Source of the DNA: a virus
Taxonomy: Duplodnaviria > Caudoviricetes
Length of the DNA stretch: 58,797 nt
Virus record (IMG/VR): IMGVR_UViG_3300018420_000021
Span: 1 to 58,797 of that record
Reading direction: 5' to 3' (one strand)
Part shown: piece after piece, positions 1 through 9,734 of the stretch
Layout: every line of letters begins with the position of its first letter
Position numbering within the stretch: the stretch's first letter is position 1
Made by a program: the position numbers and the translations under genes
Notes under the pieces: model-generated
Told to the model about the DNA's origin: nothing
What the model saw: only the letters and a program-made list of their open reading frames with translations
The model's database searches: none

Positions 1-1
1 A

Positions 2-505
2 GAAGAATTTAGACAAGATGTAAAATATGCAATTAAACAAGATCATCCAGAACTATATAGCAAAATTTTTATGTATGATATCGGTGAAGGCACTGGAAGT
101 AAAGTATGTGATCAATGCGAAGATGGCAAAGACGAAGACGGTAAAGAATGTTCTGAGTGCGGCGGAACTGGATATTCAGATCTTGCTGAAGAATCAGTGA
201 GTCTACAAGAAAAAGATGATGTATTGTTTAAAGTCAAAGATGAAGACGGTGATGTATACCAGATTGTAAAATACATGGGTAGATTACAAGCATTTGATGA
301 TGATCCAGACTCAGAAATGGGCGGAGGCATGGGTCCTTATGATTACGATGAAAAGACAAGTACTATTGAACATCCTAAAGATGCGGACCTTAAAGTAACA
401 AAAATTACTAACCAGGCAGAACAGGCAGAACAGGCAGAACAGGCAGAACCACGTCTTGGTGAATCTTGGTTACAAAACTACCAATCAATTCTAGTTCAGA
501 GGTAA
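2..505 (+). CDS. Hypothetical acidic protein (5' truncated by window) with a DnaJ-like CxxC...CxxCxGxG zinc motif
   Basis: Frame is open from base 2 through the ATG at 71; CDQC...CSECGGTG; QAE repeat near C-terminus. Confidence 0.7.
   Translation, partial: EEFRQDVKYAIKQDHPELYSKIFMYDIGEGTGSKVCDQCEDGKDEDGKECSECGGTGYSDLAEESVSLQEKDDVLFKVKDEDGDVYQIVKYMGRLQAFDDDPDSEMGGGMGPYDYDEKTSTIEHPKDADLKVTKITNQAEQAEQAEQAEPRLGESWLQNYQSILVQR
413..448 (+). repeat. 9-bp tandem repeat (CAGGCAGAA)x4 encoding QAE
   Basis: Read directly: caggcagaa repeated four times, in frame. Confidence 0.9.
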
Positions 506-510
506 GCAAT

Positions 511-1443
511 ATGAAAAGTTTCGTAACATATCTAAGAGAAACAGAACTTCCAACTCAAGGTGATAACATTGATTTTGAGATGGACGAAACTTGTGTATCT
601 ACATATGTATTAGAAAGTGAAGAAGATTACATTGTTGTAGCAGGTGATCCTAAATCTTTTAAAATGCTAGAAGGCTTATTTGAAAGCAGTTTTGGCGACA
701 ACTCATTGGCTGACTTACAAATTAAAAGAGATATGGCTGGCAAGAAATCCAAAAAAGAAGAACTTAAAGCCTGGCAAGAAAAATACAACAAATACTTAGG
801 CGGCAATGGTGATAAACTAGCAGATGGTTTTTTCGAAGCATACCTTGATACAGGTATTTTAACTGATGCGACAGAAGAAGATGAATTTAACAAAGCAGTA
901 GATGATGTTTTTGGTGGCGACAGTGCAAGAGCAGAATACGAACTGTTTGGTAATGAAGATTTAAAGAGAAAACATTTGCCAATCACTTATGCAATGCATA
1001 AAGAATTTGAAGATATTATGGGCGGACCGGTCGGATCAAGCACAGGACCCGATGACGAAGACAATGTTATGCAAGCGGCAAACATATTAAGTCTATCCGA
1101 AGAACAACATGGATATAATAATACTGAAACATCAGTTGACGATGATGTTGAAGATGTCAATGAAGAGTTAAATAGTTTACGTCGCACACTTGGTTTAGAT
1201 GAAGCTGAGTATCAAGGACGTAAAGTTAAACTAAACAAGCCTATGCAAGGCGATGTTAAAAAGTTTAAGGTATATGTAAAAGATCCAAAAACAGGCAATG
1301 TTAAGAAAGTCAACTTTGGTGATCCTAACATGCGTATTAAAAAGTCTAACCCAAAAAGACGCAAGAGTTTTCGTGCTAGACACAACTGCGATAATCCAGG
1401 ACCAAAAACAAAGGCACGTTATTGGTCTTGTAGAAAGTGGTAA
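511..1443 (+). CDS. Hypothetical phage protein, acidic N-terminus plus basic C-terminal domain (FG..RRKSFRARH.C..ARYWSC..W); probable head-associated protein
   Basis: Start refined to MKSFVTYLRE (GAGG RBS upstream); C-terminal motif resembles a conserved viral DUF. Confidence 0.75.
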   Translation: MKSFVTYLRETELPTQGDNIDFEMDETCVSTYVLESEEDYIVVAGDPKSFKMLEGLFESSFGDNSLADLQIKRDMAGKKSKKEELKAWQEKYNKYLGGNGDKLADGFFEAYLDTGILTDATEEDEFNKAVDDVFGGDSARAEYELFGNEDLKRKHLPITYAMHKEFEDIMGGPVGSSTGPDDEDNVMQAANILSLSEEQHGYNNTETSVDDDVEDVNEELNSLRRTLGLDEAEYQGRKVKLNKPMQGDVKKFKVYVKDPKTGNVKKVNFGDPNMRIKKSNPKRRKSFRARHNCDNPGPKTKARYWSCRKW

Positions 1444-1444
1444 T

Positions 1445-1804
1445 ATGCGGGCTAAAGATTTCTTAACCGAACGCAAGCGCCGCCTGCTTCGTAAAAGTAC
1501 ACAACACGCATTACCAGGTGCTCAAACAATGAACACTGACTTTTACGGTGCGTATCGTTTTGCTCTAAGTCTAGCTGGATCTCCAGACGGTGTTGATATG
1601 CCTGAAGATGGTCCTACACAAGGACGTATGGTAACACTAGCATATACACAAGGTGAACAAGAGATTATTGATACCGCCAAAAAGCGTATGGGTGTTACTA
1701 CACAGCATACGTTAACCAAAGGCAAAGGCAGTAACGAACTTCCAGATGTAAACACACAAAGCATCACCGTTGCACAAGGTCCTGTCAAACGTAAAAATCG
1801 ATGA
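1445..1804 (+). CDS. Hypothetical phage protein (MRAKDFLTE N-terminus)
   Basis: ATG directly after the upstream stop; ATGA coupling to next gene. Confidence 0.7.
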   Translation: MRAKDFLTERKRRLLRKSTQHALPGAQTMNTDFYGAYRFALSLAGSPDGVDMPEDGPTQGRMVTLAYTQGEQEIIDTAKKRMGVTTQHTLTKGKGSNELPDVNTQSITVAQGPVKRKNR

Positions 1805-2001
1805 ACGATTTAGAACGTTTAAAAAAACTTGCCGGTATAACTGGACACGCTAACGAAAGCACACTGTTAGACAACATTAGCCATACCGGCACAGAAAAAG
1901 CTCAACTACAACGCAAGCACAACATTAAACCAGGAACTGAAGAATGGTTTAAACTCTGGTTTGCCAGACCATATCTAACTGGCGAAAAACCTATTGATTA
2001 A
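1801..2001 (+). CDS. Small hypothetical protein with LKKLAGI motif
   Basis: 66-aa ORF translationally coupled to previous gene. Confidence 0.7.
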   Translation: MNDLERLKKLAGITGHANESTLLDNISHTGTEKAQLQRKHNIKPGTEEWFKLWFARPYLTGEKPID

Positions 2002-2012
2002 CCAATCGTAAA

Positions 2013-2031
2013 ATGTAACATAACTGTAATA
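2013..2031 (+). promoter_or_regulatory. Putative Pho box (PhoB site)
   Basis: aTGTAACataacTGTAATa: two TGTAAY half-sites 11 bp apart, resembling the CTGTCAT-N4-CTGTCAT consensus, upstream of a PiT-like gene. Confidence 0.6.
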
Positions 2032-2121
2032 TTTTTCTTCTTGCTCTTTGTTAAATATTCATGTAATATAAAAATTACATTGTGAGTGACGGGGTAAAGC
2101 CGTCAAGCAAAGGAGAAAATT

Positions 2122-3081
2122 ATGGATCAACTCACCTTATGGATGGCTGTTGGTTTCTTGTTCGCAGGATACGCAGTTATCGCAAATGATTCCGTACAAA
2201 CATTAGGTACATGGATCGCAAGTAATAACGAAAAATTTAATTGGAAAGTTATGTGGGGAGCGGCTTCAGCCGTACTCTTATATACGCTTTGGTATGGCTG
2301 GTATGTGAATGGTGGAGACATCAGTTACGGCAGACTTAACAAAATTCCATTCCAAGAAATACAATGGTATCACGCAATGGCTCCGGCCTTGCTATTAATA
2401 CTTACAAGAATAGGCGTGCCGGTTAGCACGTCTTTTTTAGTATTAAGTGCCTTTGCTTCTACATTTGTATTAGAAAAAATGCTTATGAAATCTATGATGG
2501 GATATGCAGTCGCGGCTGTGGCGGCGTATGCTATTTGGATAGTAGTAAGCAAGATACTTGACGAAGCAAAACCTGTCAAAGAAGAACACAAGAATTTGTG
2601 GCGAATAGGACAGTGGGTAACCACAGGCTTCCTATGGTTTACATGGCTGTCACACGATATGGCTAACATCGCTGTGTTCCTACCTAGAGAGATACCTTGG
2701 GATCTAATGATTTTAGTCAGTACTGTATTTGTAATTGGCTTAGGATTTATGTTCCGTGAAGGTGGAGGTAAGATACAAAAGATTGTATTAGAAAAACACA
2801 ACACAAGATACGTAAGGTCAGCAACTATTATTGATGCTGTGTATTGGGTTATCCTTTGGTTCTTCAAAGAACTAAATGACATACCAATGTCGACTACTTG
2901 GGTGTTTGTGGGTCTACTGTGTGGACGTGAACTTGCTATGGCAACTATGACAGGCAAGGAAAAGTTCAAATCAGTGTTTCCACTTGTAACACGAGACTTC
3001 TTTAAGATGATGATTGGATTAGGCGCAAGCGTAGGTATTGTGCTGTTTATACATTATCTTGTTGTACCCAATGGTTGGTAA
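2122..3081 (+). CDS. Multi-pass membrane transporter, distant PiT/PHO4 phosphate transporter-like
   Basis: Many TM segments; duplicated signature-like motifs IANDSVQTLG and SHDMANIA (cf. GANDVAN) and PVSTS/PMSTT; AAGGAG RBS. Confidence 0.65.
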   Translation: MDQLTLWMAVGFLFAGYAVIANDSVQTLGTWIASNNEKFNWKVMWGAASAVLLYTLWYGWYVNGGDISYGRLNKIPFQEIQWYHAMAPALLLILTRIGVPVSTSFLVLSAFASTFVLEKMLMKSMMGYAVAAVAAYAIWIVVSKILDEAKPVKEEHKNLWRIGQWVTTGFLWFTWLSHDMANIAVFLPREIPWDLMILVSTVFVIGLGFMFREGGGKIQKIVLEKHNTRYVRSATIIDAVYWVILWFFKELNDIPMSTTWVFVGLLCGRELAMATMTGKEKFKSVFPLVTRDFFKMMIGLGASVGIVLFIHYLVVPNGW

Positions 3082-3099
3082 TAACAGATAAGTAGTTTT

Positions 3100-3240
3100 A
3101 TGAGTAAAGATAAAAATACAAACAAATATACTCAAAGGGAATGGGACCGCACTGTAGGGTGGGGTCCTGTGCCCGATGAATATAAGAATGAAATTGAACA
3201 GGAACAAAAAAAGACTTCTAACGAGAAGTCTGAACGTTAA
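3100..3240 (+). CDS. Small hypothetical protein (MSKDKNTNKYTQREWDRTVGWGPVP..., 46 aa)
   Basis: Hand-translated ORF filling the gap; ATAAGTA late-promoter-like sequence upstream. Confidence 0.5.
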   Translation: MSKDKNTNKYTQREWDRTVGWGPVPDEYKNEIEQEQKKTSNEKSER

Positions 3241-3766
3241 CTTTTTGTTCGTCTACGTGTAAAAACTTTAGCCATTCGGCCCGAACACTAATATTGCCAG
3301 GCCTCCGACGCCACTTAGCTACCAAGTGATAATATTCAGGATTAACAGGTTCTTTAAGAGGCTTCATAATCTTACTGCCTTTGCGGAAGTTGCATTCCTT
3401 ACATGCAGTTACACAATTTTCCCAACTGATAATACCACCTTTGCTTTTAGGTATAACATGATCGATAGTTAGGTCTCTAGGACTAAAAACATCAGCACAG
3501 TATTGACACTGATACATATCACGCAGATATAGATTATTGCGTGTGAATTTAACATGCTTCATTGGGTTGAAATATTCTTTAGTAACACAAATACTAGGTA
3601 ATCTAATCTCTGTGCTTGGGCTACGGATCACACGATTTTCGTAATTTTCAACAACTTTTACACGATCCAAAAAGATTAATTTAATAGCCTGTTGCCAGCC
3701 AATCACACTTAATGGCAAAATACTGATGGGTTCATAGTTAGCGTTCAGTAGTAGTGTGTCGCTCAT
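3218..3766 (-). CDS. HNH endonuclease
   Basis: RD.YQCQYC...TIDHVIPKSKGG...WENCVTACKECN motif. Confidence 0.93.
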   Translation of the reverse strand: MSDTLLLNANYEPISILPLSVIGWQQAIKLIFLDRVKVVENYENRVIRSPSTEIRLPSICVTKEYFNPMKHVKFTRNNLYLRDMYQCQYCADVFSPRDLTIDHVIPKSKGGIISWENCVTACKECNFRKGSKIMKPLKEPVNPEYYHLVAKWRRRPGNISVRAEWLKFLHVDEQKVNVQTSR

Positions 3767-3844
3767 AACAATACTTATAGCCCTGTTTGTGAATGATAAG
3801 TAACAGTATTATATAGTATTCAGAGGAATAGTAACCGAAATAAC

Positions 3845-5410
3845 ATGGCTAAGAGTTTAGAAGGCGTATTGGTTAAACCTGCACACAAGCAGGAAACATA
3901 TACACAGAATCAGTTGCTGGAATTTGCTAGTTGTGCTGATTCAAAAACAGGCGCTAAATATTTTTTATCAAAGTTTTTTTACATTCAGCATCCTACTCGA
4001 GGACGTTTGTTGTATGATCCTTTTGACTATCAAGACGAACTAATCGATATCTATCACGGGTATCGTTTTAGTATTAACTTGCTTGGACGTCAGATGGGTA
4101 AAACTACTACAGCCGCAGGATATTTGCTATGGTATGCTATGTTTGTTCCAGATTCGACCATTCTTATCGCCGCACACAAATACACTGGCGCACAAGAAAT
4201 CATGCAACGTATTCGCTATGCATATGAACTATGTCCTAATCACATACGTGCAGGTGTTACCAGTTACAATAAAGGTAGTATTGACTTTGAAAACGGTTCA
4301 CGTATTGTAAGCACAACAACTACTGAAACTACTGGTCGTGGTATGAGTATTACATTGCTATACTGTGACGAGTTTGCTTTTGTGCGTAACACTATTGCTC
4401 GTGAATTTTGGACTAGTATTAGTCCTACACTAGCAACTGGTGGTAAAGCTATTATTACTTCAACACCAAACAGTGACGAAGATCAGTTTTGGCTATTGTG
4501 GACCGGTGCTACTAAAACTGAAGATGAGTTTGGAAACAAAACAGAACTAGGACAAAATGGCTTCAAAGGCTACATGGCTCGATGGAATAGACATCCAGAA
4601 AGAGACGATGCTTGGGCTACTCAAGAACGTGCAAGTATTGGTGATGAGCGATTCAAACGTGAGCATGAATGTGAACCAATTATCTATGATGAAACACTTA
4701 TTAGTGCAGTTAAGTTACTTGAGATGGAAGGTAAAGAACCAGCAGAAAAGCAAGGTGAAGTGCGTTGGTACAAACGTCCAAACTCAAACTGTCAATATGT
4801 AGTTGCATTAGATCCAAGTCTTGGTACAGGCGGCGACTATAGTGCTATACAGGTATTTGAAGTTCCTACTATGCTACAAGTTGCTGAATGGAAGCATAAT
4901 AAAACTCCTATTCAACGACAAATAGTTATAATGAAAGAGATTATTGACTATATTGCAGACATTGTTGGACATAATGAACGCATATATTATAGTATAGAAA
5001 ACAATACATTAGGCGAAGCAGGACTTGTAACTATTGCTGAGATTGGTGAAGAAAACATACGTGGTATATTTTTAAGCGAGCCAGCTAAAGTGGGCAATGC
5101 AAGACGATTTCGCAAAGGATTCACTACAACTGCTAAATCAAAATTGGCGGCGTGTAGTAAATTTAAGATGCTGTTGGAAACAGACAGGATCACAATTAAC
5201 AGCAAGGCACTGATGAGCGAGCTTAAAAGTTTTGTTGCCCATGGTATGAGCTTTTCGGCGAAGCCAGGTGAACATGACGATCTAGTTATGGCAACATTGT
5301 TGATTGTACGCATGGTGCAATACATGCAAAACTTTGACAGTGAACTAGATACTGTACTCAAAGACAGCATGGACGACTTTATCGAACCAATGCCTTTTAT
5401 AGTGGTGTAA
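3845..5410 (+). CDS. terL: Terminase large subunit (T4 gp17-like)
   Basis: Walker A GRQMGKTT, Walker B LLYCDEFAF, ITSTPN coupling motif, RNase H-like DPSLGTGGDYS and HDDLVMA. Confidence 0.96.
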   Translation: MAKSLEGVLVKPAHKQETYTQNQLLEFASCADSKTGAKYFLSKFFYIQHPTRGRLLYDPFDYQDELIDIYHGYRFSINLLGRQMGKTTTAAGYLLWYAMFVPDSTILIAAHKYTGAQEIMQRIRYAYELCPNHIRAGVTSYNKGSIDFENGSRIVSTTTTETTGRGMSITLLYCDEFAFVRNTIAREFWTSISPTLATGGKAIITSTPNSDEDQFWLLWTGATKTEDEFGNKTELGQNGFKGYMARWNRHPERDDAWATQERASIGDERFKREHECEPIIYDETLISAVKLLEMEGKEPAEKQGEVRWYKRPNSNCQYVVALDPSLGTGGDYSAIQVFEVPTMLQVAEWKHNKTPIQRQIVIMKEIIDYIADIVGHNERIYYSIENNTLGEAGLVTIAEIGEENIRGIFLSEPAKVGNARRFRKGFTTTAKSKLAACSKFKMLLETDRITINSKALMSELKSFVAHGMSFSAKPGEHDDLVMATLLIVRMVQYMQNFDSELDTVLKDSMDDFIEPMPFIVV

Positions 5411-5413
5411 AAT

Positions 5414-5959
5414 ATGATTATCGAAAACATACCTCCAACACAGGATTTATTCAGAATTACTGATGTTGTTTCTGCAGGACTTTCCAAACGTATAGTAGAA
5501 CACGATTGGCTAAGTGAACCTCTCAAAAAACAAGAAGCACAAGAAGAATGGACACGATGGATGGTAGACGATCACAGTCTACTACGTGAAATAGATGCTC
5601 AATTGACCCTTAATATTAATCAAATAAATGAAGCATGTAATACGAACTTCTTTGTAGCAGAAGGAACTCGTATGTGGATCGATCCACCGGGATTTACAGT
5701 GCCTATTCATTTAGATGGAGTAGTTGACGAATTTACAGGAGATATTAAAGGGGTAGAACAAGCAATGCAGGCATTTTGGCTAGGTCCTGAAGAAACAGGA
5801 ACCTGCTTTTATTCTACTGCTAGCAAAGATGCAGTTAGATATCGGTTTCCTTTTGAAACAAACACCGCATATTTTATGATTATTACGCCTGATTTATGGC
5901 ATGGCATGATTGTACCTGGTAAAGATTACAGATTCACTACTTACACATATTTTCGTTAA
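5414..5959 (+). CDS. Putative 2OG-Fe(II) oxygenase
   Basis: HxD (IHLD) ... WHG ... RxT motif order. Confidence 0.65.
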   Translation: MIIENIPPTQDLFRITDVVSAGLSKRIVEHDWLSEPLKKQEAQEEWTRWMVDDHSLLREIDAQLTLNINQINEACNTNFFVAEGTRMWIDPPGFTVPIHLDGVVDEFTGDIKGVEQAMQAFWLGPEETGTCFYSTASKDAVRYRFPFETNTAYFMIITPDLWHGMIVPGKDYRFTTYTYFR

Positions 5960-5973
5960 AGGTAAATAGTATT

Positions 5974-7464
5974 ATGAAAGAACTTGACAGCATAGCAGAA
6001 GCACTTTTTGATAAACTACGAAGCCGTTTTGATCGTATAAGTCTTGGTGACAAAGATGCGAAAGCTACAGATGACCCAACACAAGCACGTTTTTATAATT
6101 TCGATTACACTGTAAACGACAATAACTTTGGTAATGTTACTGTTAGCATTATCGACGATCAATCACTGAAGATTTACTTTAGCAAAGAATTATCTAATAA
6201 ACTTACTAAAGAGGAACAAGATGATTGGTTTGCGTTTTTAAAAGAAATGCGTAGATTCTCAAGAAGAAATATGCTAACGTTTGATACTAGAGATATCAAT
6301 CGCAGTTCATTGAATCTAAGGGACATTAAACAACAAACAACCAATGGCAATTGGAAGTCAAAAGAAGTAGATATTCAGGAAAGTAAAATGTACGGTACTA
6401 GAAAGAAAAGCTACGATCACGTTGGAGAAACACGTTTAATCATTAGACATCGAACAGAAGTTGATGAAGATAAGCGTGGCGCACGTAGTCGTAATATTGA
6501 TGTTATTTTTGTTGAAAATAGTTTAGGTGAGCGTTTTAGGCTACCATTTACAAATCTGCGAGCCGCTCGTGCAGTTGGACAACATGTTGCACACGGCGGA
6601 ATGATCTCAGATGATCGTACACAAGAGATCTACGCAATGGTAGAAGAAATGCAACAACTAAGCAAGTTTCTACGTGCTACACGTAATGTTGAAGCATTTG
6701 AAGACAAAGAAGTTCCTGATCTAGTTGAATGTGCTAGAGAACGCTATTACGAATGTCGCAAAGGTTTAGATAGAATGAGTACACCAAAAGGCTATCAAGC
6801 ATTTTGGGAAGACTATATGGCACCAGAAATGGTTGAAATGGAAGATGAAGATGCACTCAGAGAGCGTTTTACAAAACGTTTTATTGACCAGCGCATTGAA
6901 GAAGCTCTACCATATGTTTACAAAGCATTTGCAAATCGTCCAGTTATAGAAGCCAACGCAACTGAATTTGAAAGCTGGGCCGACAAGCTAACCGAAGGTA
7001 CTTGGGCATTGCCTGAGAGCGATGAAGATGTTGAGAAGTTTAAGCGTATCTTTGCTAAACCAATTCAGTTTGGTCCAGAAGGTAATGATGCTACATCTGC
7101 AATGTATGATATATTTGGTGATGACGATCTTTTTGATGATCTTGGCACACTGGCTGACATTAAAGGTCCAGAAGCCGACGCTCGTCCAACCATTGTAAGA
7201 TGGTTTACTAATATACACAAAGATATAGTTACTGGTAATGCATCAGTAAGTAGAGACATTCAAGAATCAATGGCTAAGATATTTGAATATCTTAAAACTT
7301 GGCAACCAGAAGCAGAAGCTCCAGCAGAAGAACCAACTGACACAGAAGAGCAACCTGCTGAAGAGCCTGCTGACGCCGAAGCGCCAGCTGACGCCGAAGC
7401 GCCAGCTGAAGAACCAAAAGAAGAATCAGTAGACAATCTTAAAAAACTAGCTGGCATTTCATAA
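5974..7464 (+). CDS. Conserved hypothetical phage protein with acidic low-complexity tail ending NLKKLAGIS
   Basis: 496-aa ORF preceded by GTAAATA late promoter; contains an 18-bp tandem repeat GCTGACGCCGAAGCGCCA. Confidence 0.8.
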   Translation: MKELDSIAEALFDKLRSRFDRISLGDKDAKATDDPTQARFYNFDYTVNDNNFGNVTVSIIDDQSLKIYFSKELSNKLTKEEQDDWFAFLKEMRRFSRRNMLTFDTRDINRSSLNLRDIKQQTTNGNWKSKEVDIQESKMYGTRKKSYDHVGETRLIIRHRTEVDEDKRGARSRNIDVIFVENSLGERFRLPFTNLRAARAVGQHVAHGGMISDDRTQEIYAMVEEMQQLSKFLRATRNVEAFEDKEVPDLVECARERYYECRKGLDRMSTPKGYQAFWEDYMAPEMVEMEDEDALRERFTKRFIDQRIEEALPYVYKAFANRPVIEANATEFESWADKLTEGTWALPESDEDVEKFKRIFAKPIQFGPEGNDATSAMYDIFGDDDLFDDLGTLADIKGPEADARPTIVRWFTNIHKDIVTGNASVSRDIQESMAKIFEYLKTWQPEAEAPAEEPTDTEEQPAEEPADAEAPADAEAPAEEPKEESVDNLKKLAGIS

Positions 7465-7569
7465 AATCTATTTTGGTAAAATTTTCCTTTGACTGCTAAA
7501 TAAAACTAGCATATACTGTGTGTATGTGCTCAGGCAAAAACATTATGGCACATTAAAGGAGAAAACATT

Positions 7570-8565
7570 ATGGCTACATTGGCTGAAATCCGAGCAAAAC
7601 TACAAGCTCAAGAAACCCGCACAGGCGGTAACACTACAGGTGGCGACAACGCCATTTTCCCTCATTGGAATATTCCAGAGGGCTCAACTTCCCGAATCCG
7701 TTTCCTTCCAGACTCTGACACAAAGAATGATTTCTTTTGGGTAGAGCGCAACATGATCCGACTTCCATTCAATGGGATCAAAGGAGACGTTAATAGCAAA
7801 CCTCAGATTGTACAGGTACCCTGCGTAGAGATGTGGGGCGATAGTTGTCCTATTCTTGCAGAAGTACGTACATGGTTCAAAGACTCAAGTCTTGAGGAAA
7901 TGGGTCGTAAGTATTGGAAGAAGCGTTCTTACTTGTTCCAAGGCTTTGTACGTGAAAGTTCACTTGCAGACGACTCAACGCCTGAGAATCCAATCCGTAG
8001 GTTTATTATTAGTCCTCAGATCTTTAACATTGTTAAAGCGGCTCTGATGGATCCAGAGATGGAAGAACTTCCAACTGATTACGAGCGTGGTCTAGACTTC
8101 AGTGTTGTTAAGACCAGCAAAGGTGGATATGCTGACTACAGCACTTCTAAGTATTCTCGTAAGGAATCTGCACTTACTGAAGTAGAACGTGCGGCAGTTG
8201 ACCAATACGGTTTGCATAACCTTGCTGACTTCCTACCTAAAAAGCCTAACGAAACTGAACTAAAGGTTCTAACAGAAATGTTTGAAGCATCAGTTGACGG
8301 TCAGGCTTATGATCCTGACAAATTTGCATCTTACTACAAGCCCAGTGGGTTTCAAGGTGGCGGATCAAATAGTACTTCGAAAGATAGTACTCCAGCACCA
8401 GCACCTCAAGCGACACCAGCACCAGCACCAGCACCTCAGCCAGTAGCTGAAGAGCCTGCTGTTGCAACTGCTCCAGTTGCAGAACCTGCAACTGAAGAAA
8501 GCGGATCGACTAAGAGGACTGAAGATATTCTTGCTATGATTCGTAGCAGACAAGCTTCTAGCTAA
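7570..8565 (+). CDS. gp32: Single-stranded DNA-binding protein (T4 gp32-like)
   Basis: RIRFLP, CP motif, KYWKKRSY, GYADYSTS; Pro/Ala-rich linker; AAAGGAG RBS; next to uvsX. Confidence 0.88.
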   Translation: MATLAEIRAKLQAQETRTGGNTTGGDNAIFPHWNIPEGSTSRIRFLPDSDTKNDFFWVERNMIRLPFNGIKGDVNSKPQIVQVPCVEMWGDSCPILAEVRTWFKDSSLEEMGRKYWKKRSYLFQGFVRESSLADDSTPENPIRRFIISPQIFNIVKAALMDPEMEELPTDYERGLDFSVVKTSKGGYADYSTSKYSRKESALTEVERAAVDQYGLHNLADFLPKKPNETELKVLTEMFEASVDGQAYDPDKFASYYKPSGFQGGGSNSTSKDSTPAPAPQATPAPAPAPQPVAEEPAVATAPVAEPATEESGSTKRTEDILAMIRSRQASS

Positions 8566-8662
8566 GTAGAAACAAAGAATATTATACTGCGAGTTCCGGC
8601 AAAAATCTCCATTCGGTAACCAGCGAGATCTCGCAGATTCTTTTAATAAGGTAGGAAAAAAT

Positions 8663-9733
8663 ATGGCTAAACCATTTGACGTAAGTAAATTTCGTAAAGA
8701 TATTACAAAGTCAATCAACGGATTGACAATTGGTTTCCATGATCCAACAGATTGGATTTCAACAGGAAACTATGCACTAAATTATCTTGTCAGCGGAGAG
8801 TTTGACAAGGGAGTTCCAATGGGTAAGGTAACTGTATTTGCTGGCGAGAGCGGCGCAGGCAAAAGTTACTTTGTCTCCGGCAACATTGTTAAAAACGCAC
8901 AAGAGCAAGGTATCTTTGTTGTGCTAATTGACAGTGAGAACGCACTAGACGAAGCATGGCTACATGCACTAGGTGTTGACACAGACGAGAGCAAACTGCT
9001 AAAACTAAGCATGAGCATGATTGACGACGTTGCTAAAACTATTAGCACGTTCATGGCAGACTACAAGAGTATGACCGAAGAAGAACGACCTAAGGTATTG
9101 TTTGTTATTGATAGTTTAGGTATGTTGCTCACACCCACTGACGTAGATCAATTTGACAAAGGCGATCTAAAAGGTGATATGGGTCGTAAGCCTAAAGCAC
9201 TAACAGCATTGGTACGTAACTGTGTTAATATGTTTGGATCGCATAACGTTGGTATGGTATGTACTAACCATACATACGCATCACAAGATATGTTTGATCC
9301 AGATGATAAGATCTCAGGCGGACAAGGTTTCGTGTATGCATCAAGTATTGTTGTTGCTATGCGTAAGCTCAAACTCAAAGAAGATGAGGACGGCAACAAA
9401 GTAAGCGATGTGAATGGCATTCGTGCCGCTTGTAAAGTAATGAAAACTCGTTATGCAAAACCTTTTGAAGGTGTGCAGGTTAAAATTCCTTATGAAACAG
9501 GTATGAATCCTTACAGCGGTCTTGTAGACTTATTCGAGAAAAAAGGAATTCTTCAGAAAGACGGTAATAGGTTAAAATACATCTCGTCAACAGGTGAAGA
9601 AACCAAAGAGTATCGTAAAGCGTGGGAACGTAACGAAAACAGTTGTTTAGATTCCATAATGCAAAATTATCGAGAGCCTACCGTTCCGGAGGTAGATACT
9701 GAGCTAGAAGAGGCGTTTGAACAAGAGGTTTAA
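8663..9733 (+). CDS. uvsX: RecA-like recombinase UvsX
   Basis: Walker A GESGAGKS, IDSENA, VIDSLGML, NHTY, SGGQG. Confidence 0.94.
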   Translation: MAKPFDVSKFRKDITKSINGLTIGFHDPTDWISTGNYALNYLVSGEFDKGVPMGKVTVFAGESGAGKSYFVSGNIVKNAQEQGIFVVLIDSENALDEAWLHALGVDTDESKLLKLSMSMIDDVAKTISTFMADYKSMTEEERPKVLFVIDSLGMLLTPTDVDQFDKGDLKGDMGRKPKALTALVRNCVNMFGSHNVGMVCTNHTYASQDMFDPDDKISGGQGFVYASSIVVAMRKLKLKEDEDGNKVSDVNGIRAACKVMKTRYAKPFEGVQVKIPYETGMNPYSGLVDLFEKKGILQKDGNRLKYISSTGEETKEYRKAWERNENSCLDSIMQNYREPTVPEVDTELEEAFEQEV

Positions 9734-9734
9734 T

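Noticed and set aside
413-448. Short tandem repeats here and at about 7368-7410, 8390-8440 and 16150-16290 as CRISPR arrays
   Set aside because: In-frame coding repeats with no unique spacers; no cas genes seen
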